DNA from: Candidatus Nealsonbacteria bacterium
GTDB lineage: Bacteria; Patescibacteriota; Minisyncoccia; Minisyncoccales; JAGGXC01
Direction of reading: 5' to 3'
Assembly (NCBI GenBank): GCA_026396195.1
Contig: JAPLXH010000007.1
Coordinates: 35,006-99,005 of the forward strand
Length of the DNA stretch: 64,000 nt
Shown: piece after piece, positions 27,076 through 36,205 of the stretch
Numbering within the stretch: the first letter of the stretch is position 1
How the letters are laid out: every line of letters starts with the position of its first letter
Translations under genes and position numbers: made by a program
The notes under the pieces: generated by a model
What the model was told of the DNA's origin: nothing
What the model saw: only the letters and a program-made list of their open reading frames with translations
Database searches by the model: none

Positions 27076-28374
27076 ATGAATCAAGAAATTACCAAACAAA
27101 TAGAAATACCCGAACAGTTTTTTTTAAAAATTCAAAAGGAGATTAACAATATTTCGGATTTCCAAAAAAGCATTGAAAAAAACCTGAATGAAAAAATTAC
27201 CGACCTTATTTCAATAGTTCTGGGAGGATCAATGAGTCTCAAGGCTTCCGACGTCCACATTGAACCTCAGGAAAAAGATTCGAGGTTAAGAGTAAGGATT
27301 GACGGAATTTTACATGAAGTGGCATCCATTCCTATTGAAATTTCTAATAAAATTGTTTCTCGCTTAAAACTCTTGTCTGAGCTTAAATTAAACGTCGCTG
27401 AACGACCCCAAGATGGTCGTTTTTCTATTTTAGTTCAAAATAACCCCATTGAAATCAGGTCTTCTACTTTGCCCTCCCAATACGGAGAATCAATTGTGTT
27501 AAGAATATTAAATCCAAAAGACTTGGTTAGCATAGAAGACTTGGGATTAAGAGAAGATTTATTTAATCTTTTTAAAAATGAAATTAAAAAACCCAACGGA
27601 ATGATTATCGTAACCGGTCCCACCGGCTCCGGAAAAACAACCACGCTTTATACTTTTTTAAAAGACATTCAAAACCCAAAAATTAAAATAATCACCATTG
27701 AAGACCCGATAGAATATCATTTAAAGGGAATTTCTCAAACTCAGGTCGTAGCAAAAAAGGGTTATGATTTTGCTTCCGGACTGAAATCAATTATGCGCCA
27801 AGACCCAGACGTAATATTAGTAGGGGAAATCAGGGACTTGGAAACCGTAGAAATAGCCCTTCAGGCTGCCCTAACCGGACACTTGGTTCTTTCTACTTTG
27901 CATGCTAATGACGCCGCGGGGACGATAACCAGGCTGATTTCCTTGGGAGCAAACCCGGTTAATATCGCTCCGGCCCTAAGCATGGCGGTAGCCCAAAGAT
28001 TAGTGAGAAAAGTTTGCAAAAAATGCGGAAAACGAAGAACCGCTTCAGCAGAAGAAGCGGAAAAAATTAAAGCCGGACTGAGAGACGTAGAAATAAAAAC
28101 AAAAAATTTAGTCCCCTTAATAGATAAAATAAAAATTATTGAAGCTAAGGGATGCAAGGAATGCAATTTCACCGGATATTCGGGAAGAGTCGGAATTTTT
28201 GAAGTTTTTTTGGTGGACCCGGAAATCGAAAAATTTATTTTAACCTCGCCTTCAATTTCTGCTTTAAGGGAAATGATAGTAAAGAAAGGAATGATTACCA
28301 TGCGTCAAGACGGATTAATTAAGGTTTTAGAGGGCACAACTACAATAGAAGAGGTGGAAAGGGTGGTTGAATAA
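27076..28374 (+). CDS. GspE/PilB family secretion/pilus assembly ATPase
   Basis: ASDVHIEP, PQDGR, GPTGSGKTTT, TIEDPIE, RQDPD, GHLVLSTLH, CxxC pairs. Confidence 0.93.
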   Translation: MNQEITKQIEIPEQFFLKIQKEINNISDFQKSIEKNLNEKITDLISIVLGGSMSLKASDVHIEPQEKDSRLRVRIDGILHEVASIPIEISNKIVSRLKLLSELKLNVAERPQDGRFSILVQNNPIEIRSSTLPSQYGESIVLRILNPKDLVSIEDLGLREDLFNLFKNEIKKPNGMIIVTGPTGSGKTTTLYTFLKDIQNPKIKIITIEDPIEYHLKGISQTQVVAKKGYDFASGLKSIMRQDPDVILVGEIRDLETVEIALQAALTGHLVLSTLHANDAAGTITRLISLGANPVNIAPALSMAVAQRLVRKVCKKCGKRRTASAEEAEKIKAGLRDVEIKTKNLVPLIDKIKIIEAKGCKECNFTGYSGRVGIFEVFLVDPEIEKFILTSPSISALREMIVKKGMITMRQDGLIKVLEGTTTIEEVERVVE

Positions 28375-28512
28375 AAAAACGGCTCCTAGTCTGGGGGAAA
28401 ATTAGGTCGTTAGACCTAAAGACAAAATCTCTCTGAGGAATAGTCTCGAGAAACTCCAGACTACCCGTCAAGAGAAACTCCTGCCCCCAGACTAGGAGCC
28501 ACTTTCTTAATA
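28374..28512 (-). ncRNA. Candidate small structured ncRNA (6S-like rod)
   Basis: Perfect 17-bp closing stem (28381-28397/28484-28500), inner stems, consensus promoter upstream, T-tract downstream. Confidence 0.6.
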
Positions 28513-28516
28513 GCTA

Positions 28517-28545
28517 ATTATATAATACTTTTAATTTTTTGTCAA
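28517..28545 (-). promoter_or_regulatory. Consensus sigma70 promoter
   Basis: TTGACA(28545-28540)-17 nt-TATAAT(28522-28517) on the minus strand. Confidence 0.8.
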
Positions 28546-28642
28546 TACCTCTATTCCCTAGAGGTTTATTTTTGGAAAAAAGAATATAATCATATTCTTC
28601 GCTTTAATTTTAAGAAAATATCCTGTTTTAATTTTTAAAATA

Positions 28643-29863
28643 ATGGAAAAAATATTCGTTTTGATATTTTTTTTATCGTTCTGCCTTTTAAAACCGTTGA
28701 GCGCTATTGCCCTTCAACCGTTAGACCTGATAATTAACGAGATTGCCTGGATGGGAACTGAAAAATCTTATAACGATGAATGGCTGGAGCTTTATAATAA
28801 TTCTTCTTTAGAATTAGATCTTGCCGGCTGGAAGATTAAATCGGAAAACAGCAAATTTAATATAGAGCTTGTCGGAAAAATAGCGCCAAAAGGATTTTTT
28901 ATATTAGAAAGAACCGACGACCAAAGCTTGCCTGAAGTTTCGGCTGATTTAATCTACAAAGGAGCGCTGAACAACTCCGGAGAACATATTAAATTGACAG
29001 ACAATGAAAATCAAATAATTGACGAAATAAACTGTGAAAACGGCTGGTTCGCCGGAAACAACGAAACGAAGCAAACCATGGAAAGAAAAAGTCCTTTAGG
29101 GCCGGGCAGTGATAATAATAATTGGTTGTCCTCTGGAAATCCCGGAGGAACCCCCAAAAAAGAGAGCTCAATGGGGGCAAATGAAGTAAAAAGCAAAACA
29201 AACGACGAAAATGGAAGAGTGATGGATAAGGAAATTCAATCCTTTGCTTCGTCCGCTTTTTCGTTTAGCTCTCCTTCCCAAATCTACATAAACGAATTAT
29301 TGCCGTCTCCGGATGGCCCTGACAAAGGAAATGAATGGATAGAAATTTTTAATGGAGGCGACGCCCTTAATCTTTCCGGCTGGCAGATAACGGATGTTTT
29401 AGGAAAAACACAGGTATATTCTTTTCCCCAAGAAACTATTATAAAAAATAATGGCTTTTTAGTTCTTCCCGATTCTTTGACTAAAATTACTTTAAATAAC
29501 GACGGCGATTCGGTTTTATTGATTAATCCTGCCGGCGAAACAATAGACAACATTTCTTTTAAAAAGTCCCCTCAGGGCAAGTCTTATAGCAGAATAAACA
29601 ACGAATGGACTTGGAATTCTTTGCCAACGCCGGGAAAACAAAATATTCTGCCCGACTCAAAAAACAATAGCCACAATACAAGCTCAAGCATTGATTATCA
29701 AAAAATAGAAAAATTAACAAACCCTATTAAAACAAAAGGAATGGCCTCTATCTATCAAACCATTCCTAAGTTTAATTTCTCTTTTATTTTATTGGTCGCC
29801 TTTTCTTTATCTTTTTTGTCCGGAATGTTTTTTATATTATTTAAAAAAAGGTTTTCTGTTTAA
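28643..29863 (+). CDS. Surface protein with two lamin-tail domains
   Basis: Signal peptide; INEIAW..EWLELYN and INELLP..EWIEIFN LTD motifs; C-terminal TM. Confidence 0.85.
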   Translation: MEKIFVLIFFLSFCLLKPLSAIALQPLDLIINEIAWMGTEKSYNDEWLELYNNSSLELDLAGWKIKSENSKFNIELVGKIAPKGFFILERTDDQSLPEVSADLIYKGALNNSGEHIKLTDNENQIIDEINCENGWFAGNNETKQTMERKSPLGPGSDNNNWLSSGNPGGTPKKESSMGANEVKSKTNDENGRVMDKEIQSFASSAFSFSSPSQIYINELLPSPDGPDKGNEWIEIFNGGDALNLSGWQITDVLGKTQVYSFPQETIIKNNGFLVLPDSLTKITLNNDGDSVLLINPAGETIDNISFKKSPQGKSYSRINNEWTWNSLPTPGKQNILPDSKNNSHNTSSSIDYQKIEKLTNPIKTKGMASIYQTIPKFNFSFILLVAFSLSFLSGMFFILFKKRFSV

Positions 29864-29915
29864 TTCTTTCTAAAAAGCTTGATTTAGAAGGGAAACTGAG
29901 ATAAGTTGATAATAT

Positions 29916-30647
29916 ATGAGCGGTCATTCTCATTGGCATTCAATCAAATATCAGAAAGGAATCGCCGATCAAAAACGAGGCAAGGTTTTTTCTAAAATGT
30001 CTCGGGAAATTTCCATTGCGGCAAAAGATAAAGGCAAAGACCCTGACAGCAATCCTTCTTTAAGAATAGCCGTCGAAAAAGCTAAAAAATTTAACATGCC
30101 CAAGGACAATATAGAAAGGGCGATTAAAAGGGGGACGGGCGAGCTCAAGGAAGCGGAATTGGAATCTTTTGTTTTTGAGGCTTACGGTCCGGGAAATGTA
30201 GCTCTAATTATTGAAGGAATCACTGATAATAATAAACGAACATTCCAAGATATAAAGCAAATCCTAAGCCAGAACAACGGAAAAATTGCTAATGAAGGGT
30301 CAGTCAAGTGGATGTTTGAAAAAAAAGGAGTAATAACATTAAGCTTAGAATCCCAGGAGCCGAAAATCAGCAAAGAAGACTTGGAATTAAAAATTATTGA
30401 ATCGGGAGCTGAAGATTTTTTTTGGCACGAAAATTTATTGGAAATTTATTCAAAAGTTGAAAATTTAGAGAAGATAAAAAACAACCTTGAAAATCAAAAA
30501 ATAAAAACAGAAGGGAGTTCCGTAGATTGGGTTGCTAAAAACAAAGTTCAGGTTGAAAAAAAGGAGCTTGATTCTTGTGAAAAACTTTTTGAGGCCCTGG
30601 ATGAAAGCGATGACGTACAAGAAACTTATTCAAACTTACAAGATTAA
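29916..30647 (+). CDS. yebC: YebC/PmpR family protein
   Basis: MSGHSHW.SIK, NMPKDNIERAI, EAYGPG, TDN..RT, DDVQ. Confidence 0.95.
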   Translation: MSGHSHWHSIKYQKGIADQKRGKVFSKMSREISIAAKDKGKDPDSNPSLRIAVEKAKKFNMPKDNIERAIKRGTGELKEAELESFVFEAYGPGNVALIIEGITDNNKRTFQDIKQILSQNNGKIANEGSVKWMFEKKGVITLSLESQEPKISKEDLELKIIESGAEDFFWHENLLEIYSKVENLEKIKNNLENQKIKTEGSSVDWVAKNKVQVEKKELDSCEKLFEALDESDDVQETYSNLQD

Positions 30648-30668
30648 TTAAGTTTAAAAATAAATTTT

Positions 30669-31166
30669 ATGATTATTTTGGGGATAGACCCGGGAACGGC
30701 GACTACCGGCTATGGAGTTATAGAAGTAAAAAAAAATAAAAATCTCCGAGCCGTTGAATATGGCTGCATCAAAACCAGTCCCGAATCTAAAACCGGAGAA
30801 AGATTAAAAAAAATAAACAGCGAGATATCTGGTTTAATAAAAAAACACCAACCGAAAATTTTAGCTATTGAATCCCTTTTCTTTTTTAGAAACTTAAAAA
30901 CCGCCATCCCGGTCAGCCAGGCAAAAGGAGTAATTCTGCTGGCAGCCGCCAGAAAAAAAGTTCCTGTTATTGAATTTGCTCCCTTGCAGGTAAAATTAAC
31001 TATTACCGGATATGGCTGGGCAGAAAAAGAAAAAGTTCAAAAGAAAGTTAAAAAAATGCTTAATTTAAAAAAAATTCCAAAGCCCGATGATATTTCCGAT
31101 GCTTTAGGAATTGCCATTTGCGGCGCCCTAACAACTAAAATATTATTTAAAAAACAAAAAGCTTGA
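30669..31166 (+). CDS. ruvC: Holliday junction resolvase
   Basis: ILGIDPG..TGYG, AIE.LFF, DDISDALGIA. Confidence 0.96.
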   Translation: MIILGIDPGTATTGYGVIEVKKNKNLRAVEYGCIKTSPESKTGERLKKINSEISGLIKKHQPKILAIESLFFFRNLKTAIPVSQAKGVILLAAARKKVPVIEFAPLQVKLTITGYGWAEKEKVQKKVKKMLNLKKIPKPDDISDALGIAICGALTTKILFKKQKA

Positions 31167-31190
31167 CAATAAGTCTCCAAAAAATATAAT
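31163..31190 (+). promoter_or_regulatory. Consensus sigma70 promoter
   Basis: TTGACA-16 nt-TATAAT overlapping the ruvC stop. Confidence 0.75.
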
Positions 31191-31241
31191 TGAAGTATGT
31201 TTTAAAAAGGTCGCAAGTCTTAAAAATTTAATTATTAAAAA

Positions 31242-31364
31242 ATGTTTCAAGAAAAAACCGCTTTTTATTTTGACGAAGAAGAAGGAACAAGCACAGGAGA
31301 TGAAGAAATAAAAGAGGGCGAAGAGACAGAGGAGGAGGAAGAGGAAGAAGAAACAGAGGAATAA
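31242..31364 (+). CDS. 40-aa highly acidic microprotein, not in the ORF track
   Basis: MFQEKTAFYFDEEEGTSTGDEEIKEGEETEEEEEEEETEE; bounded by a consensus promoter and a terminator. Confidence 0.65.
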   Translation: MFQEKTAFYFDEEEGTSTGDEEIKEGEETEEEEEEEETEE

Positions 31365-31384
31365 TATTTTTTGCAATATCATAC

Positions 31385-31411
31385 AAAAAACCCGGCTTTC
31401 GCCGGGTTTTT
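31385..31411. terminator. Bidirectional intrinsic terminator
   Basis: AAAAAACCCGGC-TTTC-GCCGGGTTTTT. Confidence 0.85.
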
Positions 31412-31423
31412 GATTTAAAGCGT

Positions 31424-32614
31424 TTATTTTATCTTAACAAATTTTCTTTTGCCTGCCCTCAAAACATCCCCTTTTTTAACCTCTATTGTTTTCTGCCAGT
31501 CTTTTTGGGTTTCGTTATTAATTTTTACCCCTCCCTGCAAGACTAATCTCTTGGCTTCTGATTTAGAAGGAACAAGGCTGGCCATTACCAACAAATCAAG
31601 AATGTTTATTTTTTTCTCTTTAATCAACATTTCGGGAACATCGGAAGGATTTTTTTTGTCTCTAAAAATTCTGTTGAATTCTTTTTCCGCTTCTTGGGCC
31701 TTTTTTTCTCCGTGATAAATTTTTACAATTTCTTTAGCTAGTCTTGCTTTTTGATCACGCAAAGAAACTTTTCTTATTTCTCCAATTTCTTTGCTACCTA
31801 AAAGGGTGCATAGCTTAAAAATAGAAACAATGACTTCATCGGGCAGAGACATTGTTTTGCCGTACATTTCGTTGGAAGAATCATTTAAAGCAATGACTTC
31901 TCCTTCGCTTTTTGACATTTTCTTTCCTCCTTTTTCAGCCGAAATAAGCGGCCAAGTTATAACTATTTTTTCTTTATTTTTATAAGCTTTCATCATCTCT
32001 CTCCCGACCAGCATATTAAAGGTCTGGTCGTTGCCCCCAGCTTCAGCGTCAACGTCCATGGCCACCGAATCGTATCCTTGCAGGACAGGGTAAATAAATT
32101 CATTCAACCAAATTGGCTTTTTTTCTTCTTGTCTTTTTCGAAACATGTCTCTTTCCAACATTCTTTGAACGGTAAAAAAAGATAAAATTTTTAAAAAATC
32201 TTTGGAATTAATTTTCTCCCACCATTCGCTGTTAAACCTTAAAATAGCTGGGTTTTTTCCTTGAAAATCTATTATTTTACCGGCCTGTTCTTGATATTTT
32301 TGACAATTTTTTAAAACCTCTTCTTTGGTTAAGATTTTTCTTTTTTTATCCTTTCCGGTAGGGTCCCCAACTTGAGCGGTAAAATCTCCAATCAATAAAA
32401 TTATTTTATGCCCCAATTCCTGGAATCTTTTTAAAATAAAAAGGTTTACGGAGTGTCCCAGGTGTAAAAAGGGAGCGGTAGGGTCTATGCCGTTATAAAT
32501 CGTAAGCTTCTTCTCTGACTTTAAAACCCTTTTTAGTTCTTCTTTGGAAGGATAAACGTTTTCCAGTCTTTCCAGAATTTCTTCTATTTTTTGTGTTTCA
32601 TTTTCTTTTATCAT
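31424..32614 (-). CDS. tyrS: Tyrosine--tRNA ligase
   Basis: GIDPTAPFLHLGH, YPVLQGYD, GGNDQTFN, KMSKS, C-terminal S4 domain. Confidence 0.97.
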   Translation of the reverse strand: MIKENETQKIEEILERLENVYPSKEELKRVLKSEKKLTIYNGIDPTAPFLHLGHSVNLFILKRFQELGHKIILLIGDFTAQVGDPTGKDKKRKILTKEEVLKNCQKYQEQAGKIIDFQGKNPAILRFNSEWWEKINSKDFLKILSFFTVQRMLERDMFRKRQEEKKPIWLNEFIYPVLQGYDSVAMDVDAEAGGNDQTFNMLVGREMMKAYKNKEKIVITWPLISAEKGGKKMSKSEGEVIALNDSSNEMYGKTMSLPDEVIVSIFKLCTLLGSKEIGEIRKVSLRDQKARLAKEIVKIYHGEKKAQEAEKEFNRIFRDKKNPSDVPEMLIKEKKINILDLLVMASLVPSKSEAKRLVLQGGVKINNETQKDWQKTIEVKKGDVLRAGKRKFVKIK

Positions 32615-32695
32615 ATTTTTATATCATACAAAAAAAATAATAAAATTGCCAATTTCCATTAATTTAATTAGAATAATGATAAATATTCCAATTTT

Positions 32696-34870
32696 ATGGC
32701 AATAAGAAAAAAACCCTTAAAAGTGTACCAGGAAAATAAAAAGAAAAAAAGCGTTTTTTTTGTTTTTAAGTTTTTTTTAGCTTGTCTTTTCTTGCTGTTT
32801 TCCGCCTTAATAATAATTTTTATTTATTACGCCAAAGATATTCCTCGCCCTGAAAATTTTTTGGAAAGAAAAATTTTTCAGTCTACTAAAATTTACGATC
32901 GAACCGGCAAGGTTCTTTTGTACGACATCCACGGAGAAGAAAAAAGAGAAATAGTGCCCTTAGACCAAATCTCGGATTATTTAAAAAAGGCCGTGATAGC
33001 AACTGAAGACGCAAACTTCTATCAACATTATGGCATTGACCTCAGGGGAATTGGCCGTTCTGTCTTGATTAATTTAAAACTTAAAAAACAGTCTGATTGG
33101 GTTGGGGGATCGACAATAACCCAACAATTAATCCGTTCTTCTTTATTAAGCCAAGAAAAAACAGCTGAAAGAAAAATAAGAGAAATTGTTTTGAGTTTAG
33201 AGCTAGACAGAAAATATTCCAAAGAACAAATCTTAGAATGGTATTTGAATCAGGTTCCTTTCGGCTCGAACGCTTACGGCGCGGAAGCCGCCAGCCAAAC
33301 CTTCTTTAAAAAGCCTGCAAAAGACCTTTCTTTGGGCCAGGCTGCTATTTTAGCGGCTTTAATCCAAGCTCCGACAAGATTATCTCCTTACGGAGAAGAT
33401 AAAGAAGCTTTGTTAAAAAGAAAAAATTATGTTTTAGATCAAATGGAAAAATTGGGGTTTGTGACAAAGGAAGAAAAAGAAATGGCCCAAAAAGAAGAAA
33501 TAATTTTTTCTGAATTTTCTGAATCAATTAAAGCTCCTCACTTTACCCTTTTTGTTAAAAATTATTTAATCGAAAAATATGGAATTGATTTTTTAGAAGA
33601 AAACGGACTGAAGGTTTATACCAGCTTAGATTGGGAGGCCCAGGAATTAGCAGAAAAACTGGTAAAAGATGGCGTTGAAAATAATAAGAGCTATAACGCT
33701 TATAATGCCGCTTTAGTGGCAATAAATCCAAATAACGGAGAAATTTTAGCAATGGTAGGTTCCGCAGATTGGTTTGGGACTCAATATCCTGTAAATTGCG
33801 TTTCCGGAAAAAATTGCCTGTTTGATCCCAAATTCAACGTGGCCGTTGGAACAAAAAACAGTCCGGGCCGGCAACCGGGGTCAGCTTTTAAGCCCTTTGC
33901 TTATGCCGCTGCTTTTCAAAAAGGATTTACCCCGGAAACAATTTTATGGGACGTTAAAACTGAATTTAACCCTAACTGCAGCCCTGACGGAAACCAACTC
34001 AAAGACCAGTACGGATTAGACTGTTATCATCCCTTTAACTATACCGGCAAGTTTAAGGGACCTCTTAGCTTGCGTAATTCTCTTGCCCAATCCATTAACG
34101 TAACTTCAGTTAAAACCCTTTATTTAGTAGGAGTAGAGAATGCTATAAAAACGGCCCATAGTCTGGGAATTACAACTTTAAACGAAGGGCCTTCTCGTTA
34201 CGGACTGGCTTTGGTTTTGGGGGGAGGGGAAGTAAAGCTAATAGACATGACTTCGGCTTACGGTGTTTTTGCCACAGAAGGATTAGTTGTCCCTCCGGTA
34301 AGTATTTTAAAAATTGAAGATAGTCAGGGTAATCTGATTGAAGAAAATAAAAAAACCCTAAAAAGAGTTTTGGACATTCAAACTTGCAGAAAAATTAATG
34401 ATATTTTATCGGACAACGAAGCAAGAGCTCCAATTTTTGGGTTAAACTCTCCTTTGCATTTTCCGGAATCACAAGTCGCGGTAAAAACCGGAACAACCCA
34501 AGAATACAGAGATGGCTGGGCTATTGGGTACACTCCCTCTATCACGGTGGGAGTATGGGCGGGAAACAATAATAACTCTCCAATGAATAAAGAGCCCGGA
34601 GTGGTCTCCGCTGCTCCTATTTTCCATAAATTTATGGAAAAAATGCTATTAAAATATCCAAAGCAAGAATTTACAAAGCCGGAAAAAACAACGAGTTCAA
34701 TCTCTATTTTAAATGGTGAAATTGACAAACAAAATCCCCACTCTATTCTTTATTATATTGACAAAAATAATTTATCGGAGGCTACGCCTACCGACCCTTA
34801 TCAAGATTATCAATATAAAAACTGGGAAGAAGGGGTTAAATTTTGGGTAAAACAAAATCCGATTTTTTAA
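32696..34870 (+). CDS. Class A penicillin-binding protein (PBP1A family)
   Basis: TED..F..H.G, GSTITQQL, RKIRE; SAFK, SIN, KTGT motifs. Confidence 0.95.
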   Translation: MAIRKKPLKVYQENKKKKSVFFVFKFFLACLFLLFSALIIIFIYYAKDIPRPENFLERKIFQSTKIYDRTGKVLLYDIHGEEKREIVPLDQISDYLKKAVIATEDANFYQHYGIDLRGIGRSVLINLKLKKQSDWVGGSTITQQLIRSSLLSQEKTAERKIREIVLSLELDRKYSKEQILEWYLNQVPFGSNAYGAEAASQTFFKKPAKDLSLGQAAILAALIQAPTRLSPYGEDKEALLKRKNYVLDQMEKLGFVTKEEKEMAQKEEIIFSEFSESIKAPHFTLFVKNYLIEKYGIDFLEENGLKVYTSLDWEAQELAEKLVKDGVENNKSYNAYNAALVAINPNNGEILAMVGSADWFGTQYPVNCVSGKNCLFDPKFNVAVGTKNSPGRQPGSAFKPFAYAAAFQKGFTPETILWDVKTEFNPNCSPDGNQLKDQYGLDCYHPFNYTGKFKGPLSLRNSLAQSINVTSVKTLYLVGVENAIKTAHSLGITTLNEGPSRYGLALVLGGGEVKLIDMTSAYGVFATEGLVVPPVSILKIEDSQGNLIEENKKTLKRVLDIQTCRKINDILSDNEARAPIFGLNSPLHFPESQVAVKTGTTQEYRDGWAIGYTPSITVGVWAGNNNNSPMNKEPGVVSAAPIFHKFMEKMLLKYPKQEFTKPEKTTSSISILNGEIDKQNPHSILYYIDKNNLSEATPTDPYQDYQYKNWEEGVKFWVKQNPIF

Positions 34871-35997
34871 GTGCTTTTAATCGGCATTACAACATAAATA
34901 AAATTTTTGTCGTCAACGGGCCTTAACACTCCGGGGCCGTCTTCTCCGTTAAGCTCAAATATTATTTCTTTGCTTTTAATATTATTTAACCCGTCAACAA
35001 GGAAGCGATAATTAAAAGAAATTTCTGTTTTTTCTCCTTTAATTTTTCCCTTCATTTGAGAGCTGCTTTGTCCTAAGTCCGGGTTTTGAGCAAAAACCTC
35101 AATGATCTCTTGACTGGGAGTTGCTTTGATTTTAACTTCATTAATTTTTCCGCTAAACAAACTGGCGGCTTTTATTTGATTAAAAAACTCTTGCCTAGAC
35201 AGAGTTGCGGTAGTTTTAAAATCTTTTGGAATTATTTCTTTATAATTCGGGTATTCTCCTTCAATCAACCGAGATGTAATTTGGACTTCGGGGTGAGGGG
35301 TTTCTTTCATTTTTGACTCAAACATGATTTGATTTGGAGAAAAGAATATTTTTATTTTTTCATAATTTTCTCCAAAAATATTAATTACTTCCCTGATGGT
35401 TTTTTGAAGAACAATTAAAGAAATTTTATCGGGCAAAGACGGTGACTTGGGGATGTTTATTTTTTTTTCGGCCAACCTAAAACTGTCCGTGGCCGCCATT
35501 TCTATGGAGTCTCCGCCCAAACAAAGATAAATTCCTGATATTTCCGGCCTTGTTTGAGAGGAAGAGGCCATGTCCACTATTTGCGTTAAGCCCTGAACCA
35601 GGTCCTGACTGTCTATTTGTAAATTTAGCTCGCTTTTTACTTCCGGAATAATAGGAAAGTCTTCGGGGCCCAATCCTTTTATTTGATTTTTATAATTTTT
35701 CCCCTCCAGGTGCAAAGTATTGTTTTTAACCTCTATGTTTATTTTTTCTTCCGCAATAAAACCAATTAAACTGATTAAAAATTTAGCCGGCACCACAATA
35801 GCCCCCTCTTTTTCGATTTTAGCCAGCGCCCAATATTTAATGCTTAGTTCCAGGTCAGTTCCTGATATTTTTAAAAAATTTTTTTCCGTAGAAAGCAAAA
35901 CATTGTTTAAAACTGGCAAGGTAAAAGATTTTGAAGTGGCCTTGCTAACAATATTTAATCCCCTAAGGAAGTTTTCTTTTAAAATTGAAATCTTCAT
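34867..35997 (-). CDS. dnaN: DNA polymerase III beta clamp
   Basis: GTDLE, ATDSFRLA, RLIEGEYPNY, VVMPI. Confidence 0.97.
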   Translation of the reverse strand: MKISILKENFLRGLNIVSKATSKSFTLPVLNNVLLSTEKNFLKISGTDLELSIKYWALAKIEKEGAIVVPAKFLISLIGFIAEEKINIEVKNNTLHLEGKNYKNQIKGLGPEDFPIIPEVKSELNLQIDSQDLVQGLTQIVDMASSSQTRPEISGIYLCLGGDSIEMAATDSFRLAEKKINIPKSPSLPDKISLIVLQKTIREVINIFGENYEKIKIFFSPNQIMFESKMKETPHPEVQITSRLIEGEYPNYKEIIPKDFKTTATLSRQEFFNQIKAASLFSGKINEVKIKATPSQEIIEVFAQNPDLGQSSSQMKGKIKGEKTEISFNYRFLVDGLNNIKSKEIIFELNGEDGPGVLRPVDDKNFIYVVMPIKST

Positions 35998-36205
35998 AAT
36001 TTTAATAATATTTAATTTTTTATTATTATTGTTGTTATAGAAATTTTTTTAAGGGGTTTTTTAGGCTTTTAGTTGGTGTTGTGCGGAAGTCGTTGTTGAA
36101 AAAATGTTTATAAAATAAGTATTGGGTTGTTTATGTTTTTGGTAAAAAAACAATAGAGGTTTTTTATAAGTTGGTTTTGTTTTTTTTCCACAACAGTTAT
36201 CCACT
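35998..36205. promoter_or_regulatory. Probable oriC part (dnaA-dnaN intergenic)
   Basis: T/G-rich non-coding gap with DnaA-box-like TTTTCCACA (36184-36192), TTATCCACT (36197-36205) and degenerate copies. Confidence 0.55.

Noticed and set aside
28381-28500. SRP (4.5S) RNA
   Set aside because: Lacks the conserved helix-8 CAGG..GGAA..AGCAG motif on either strand
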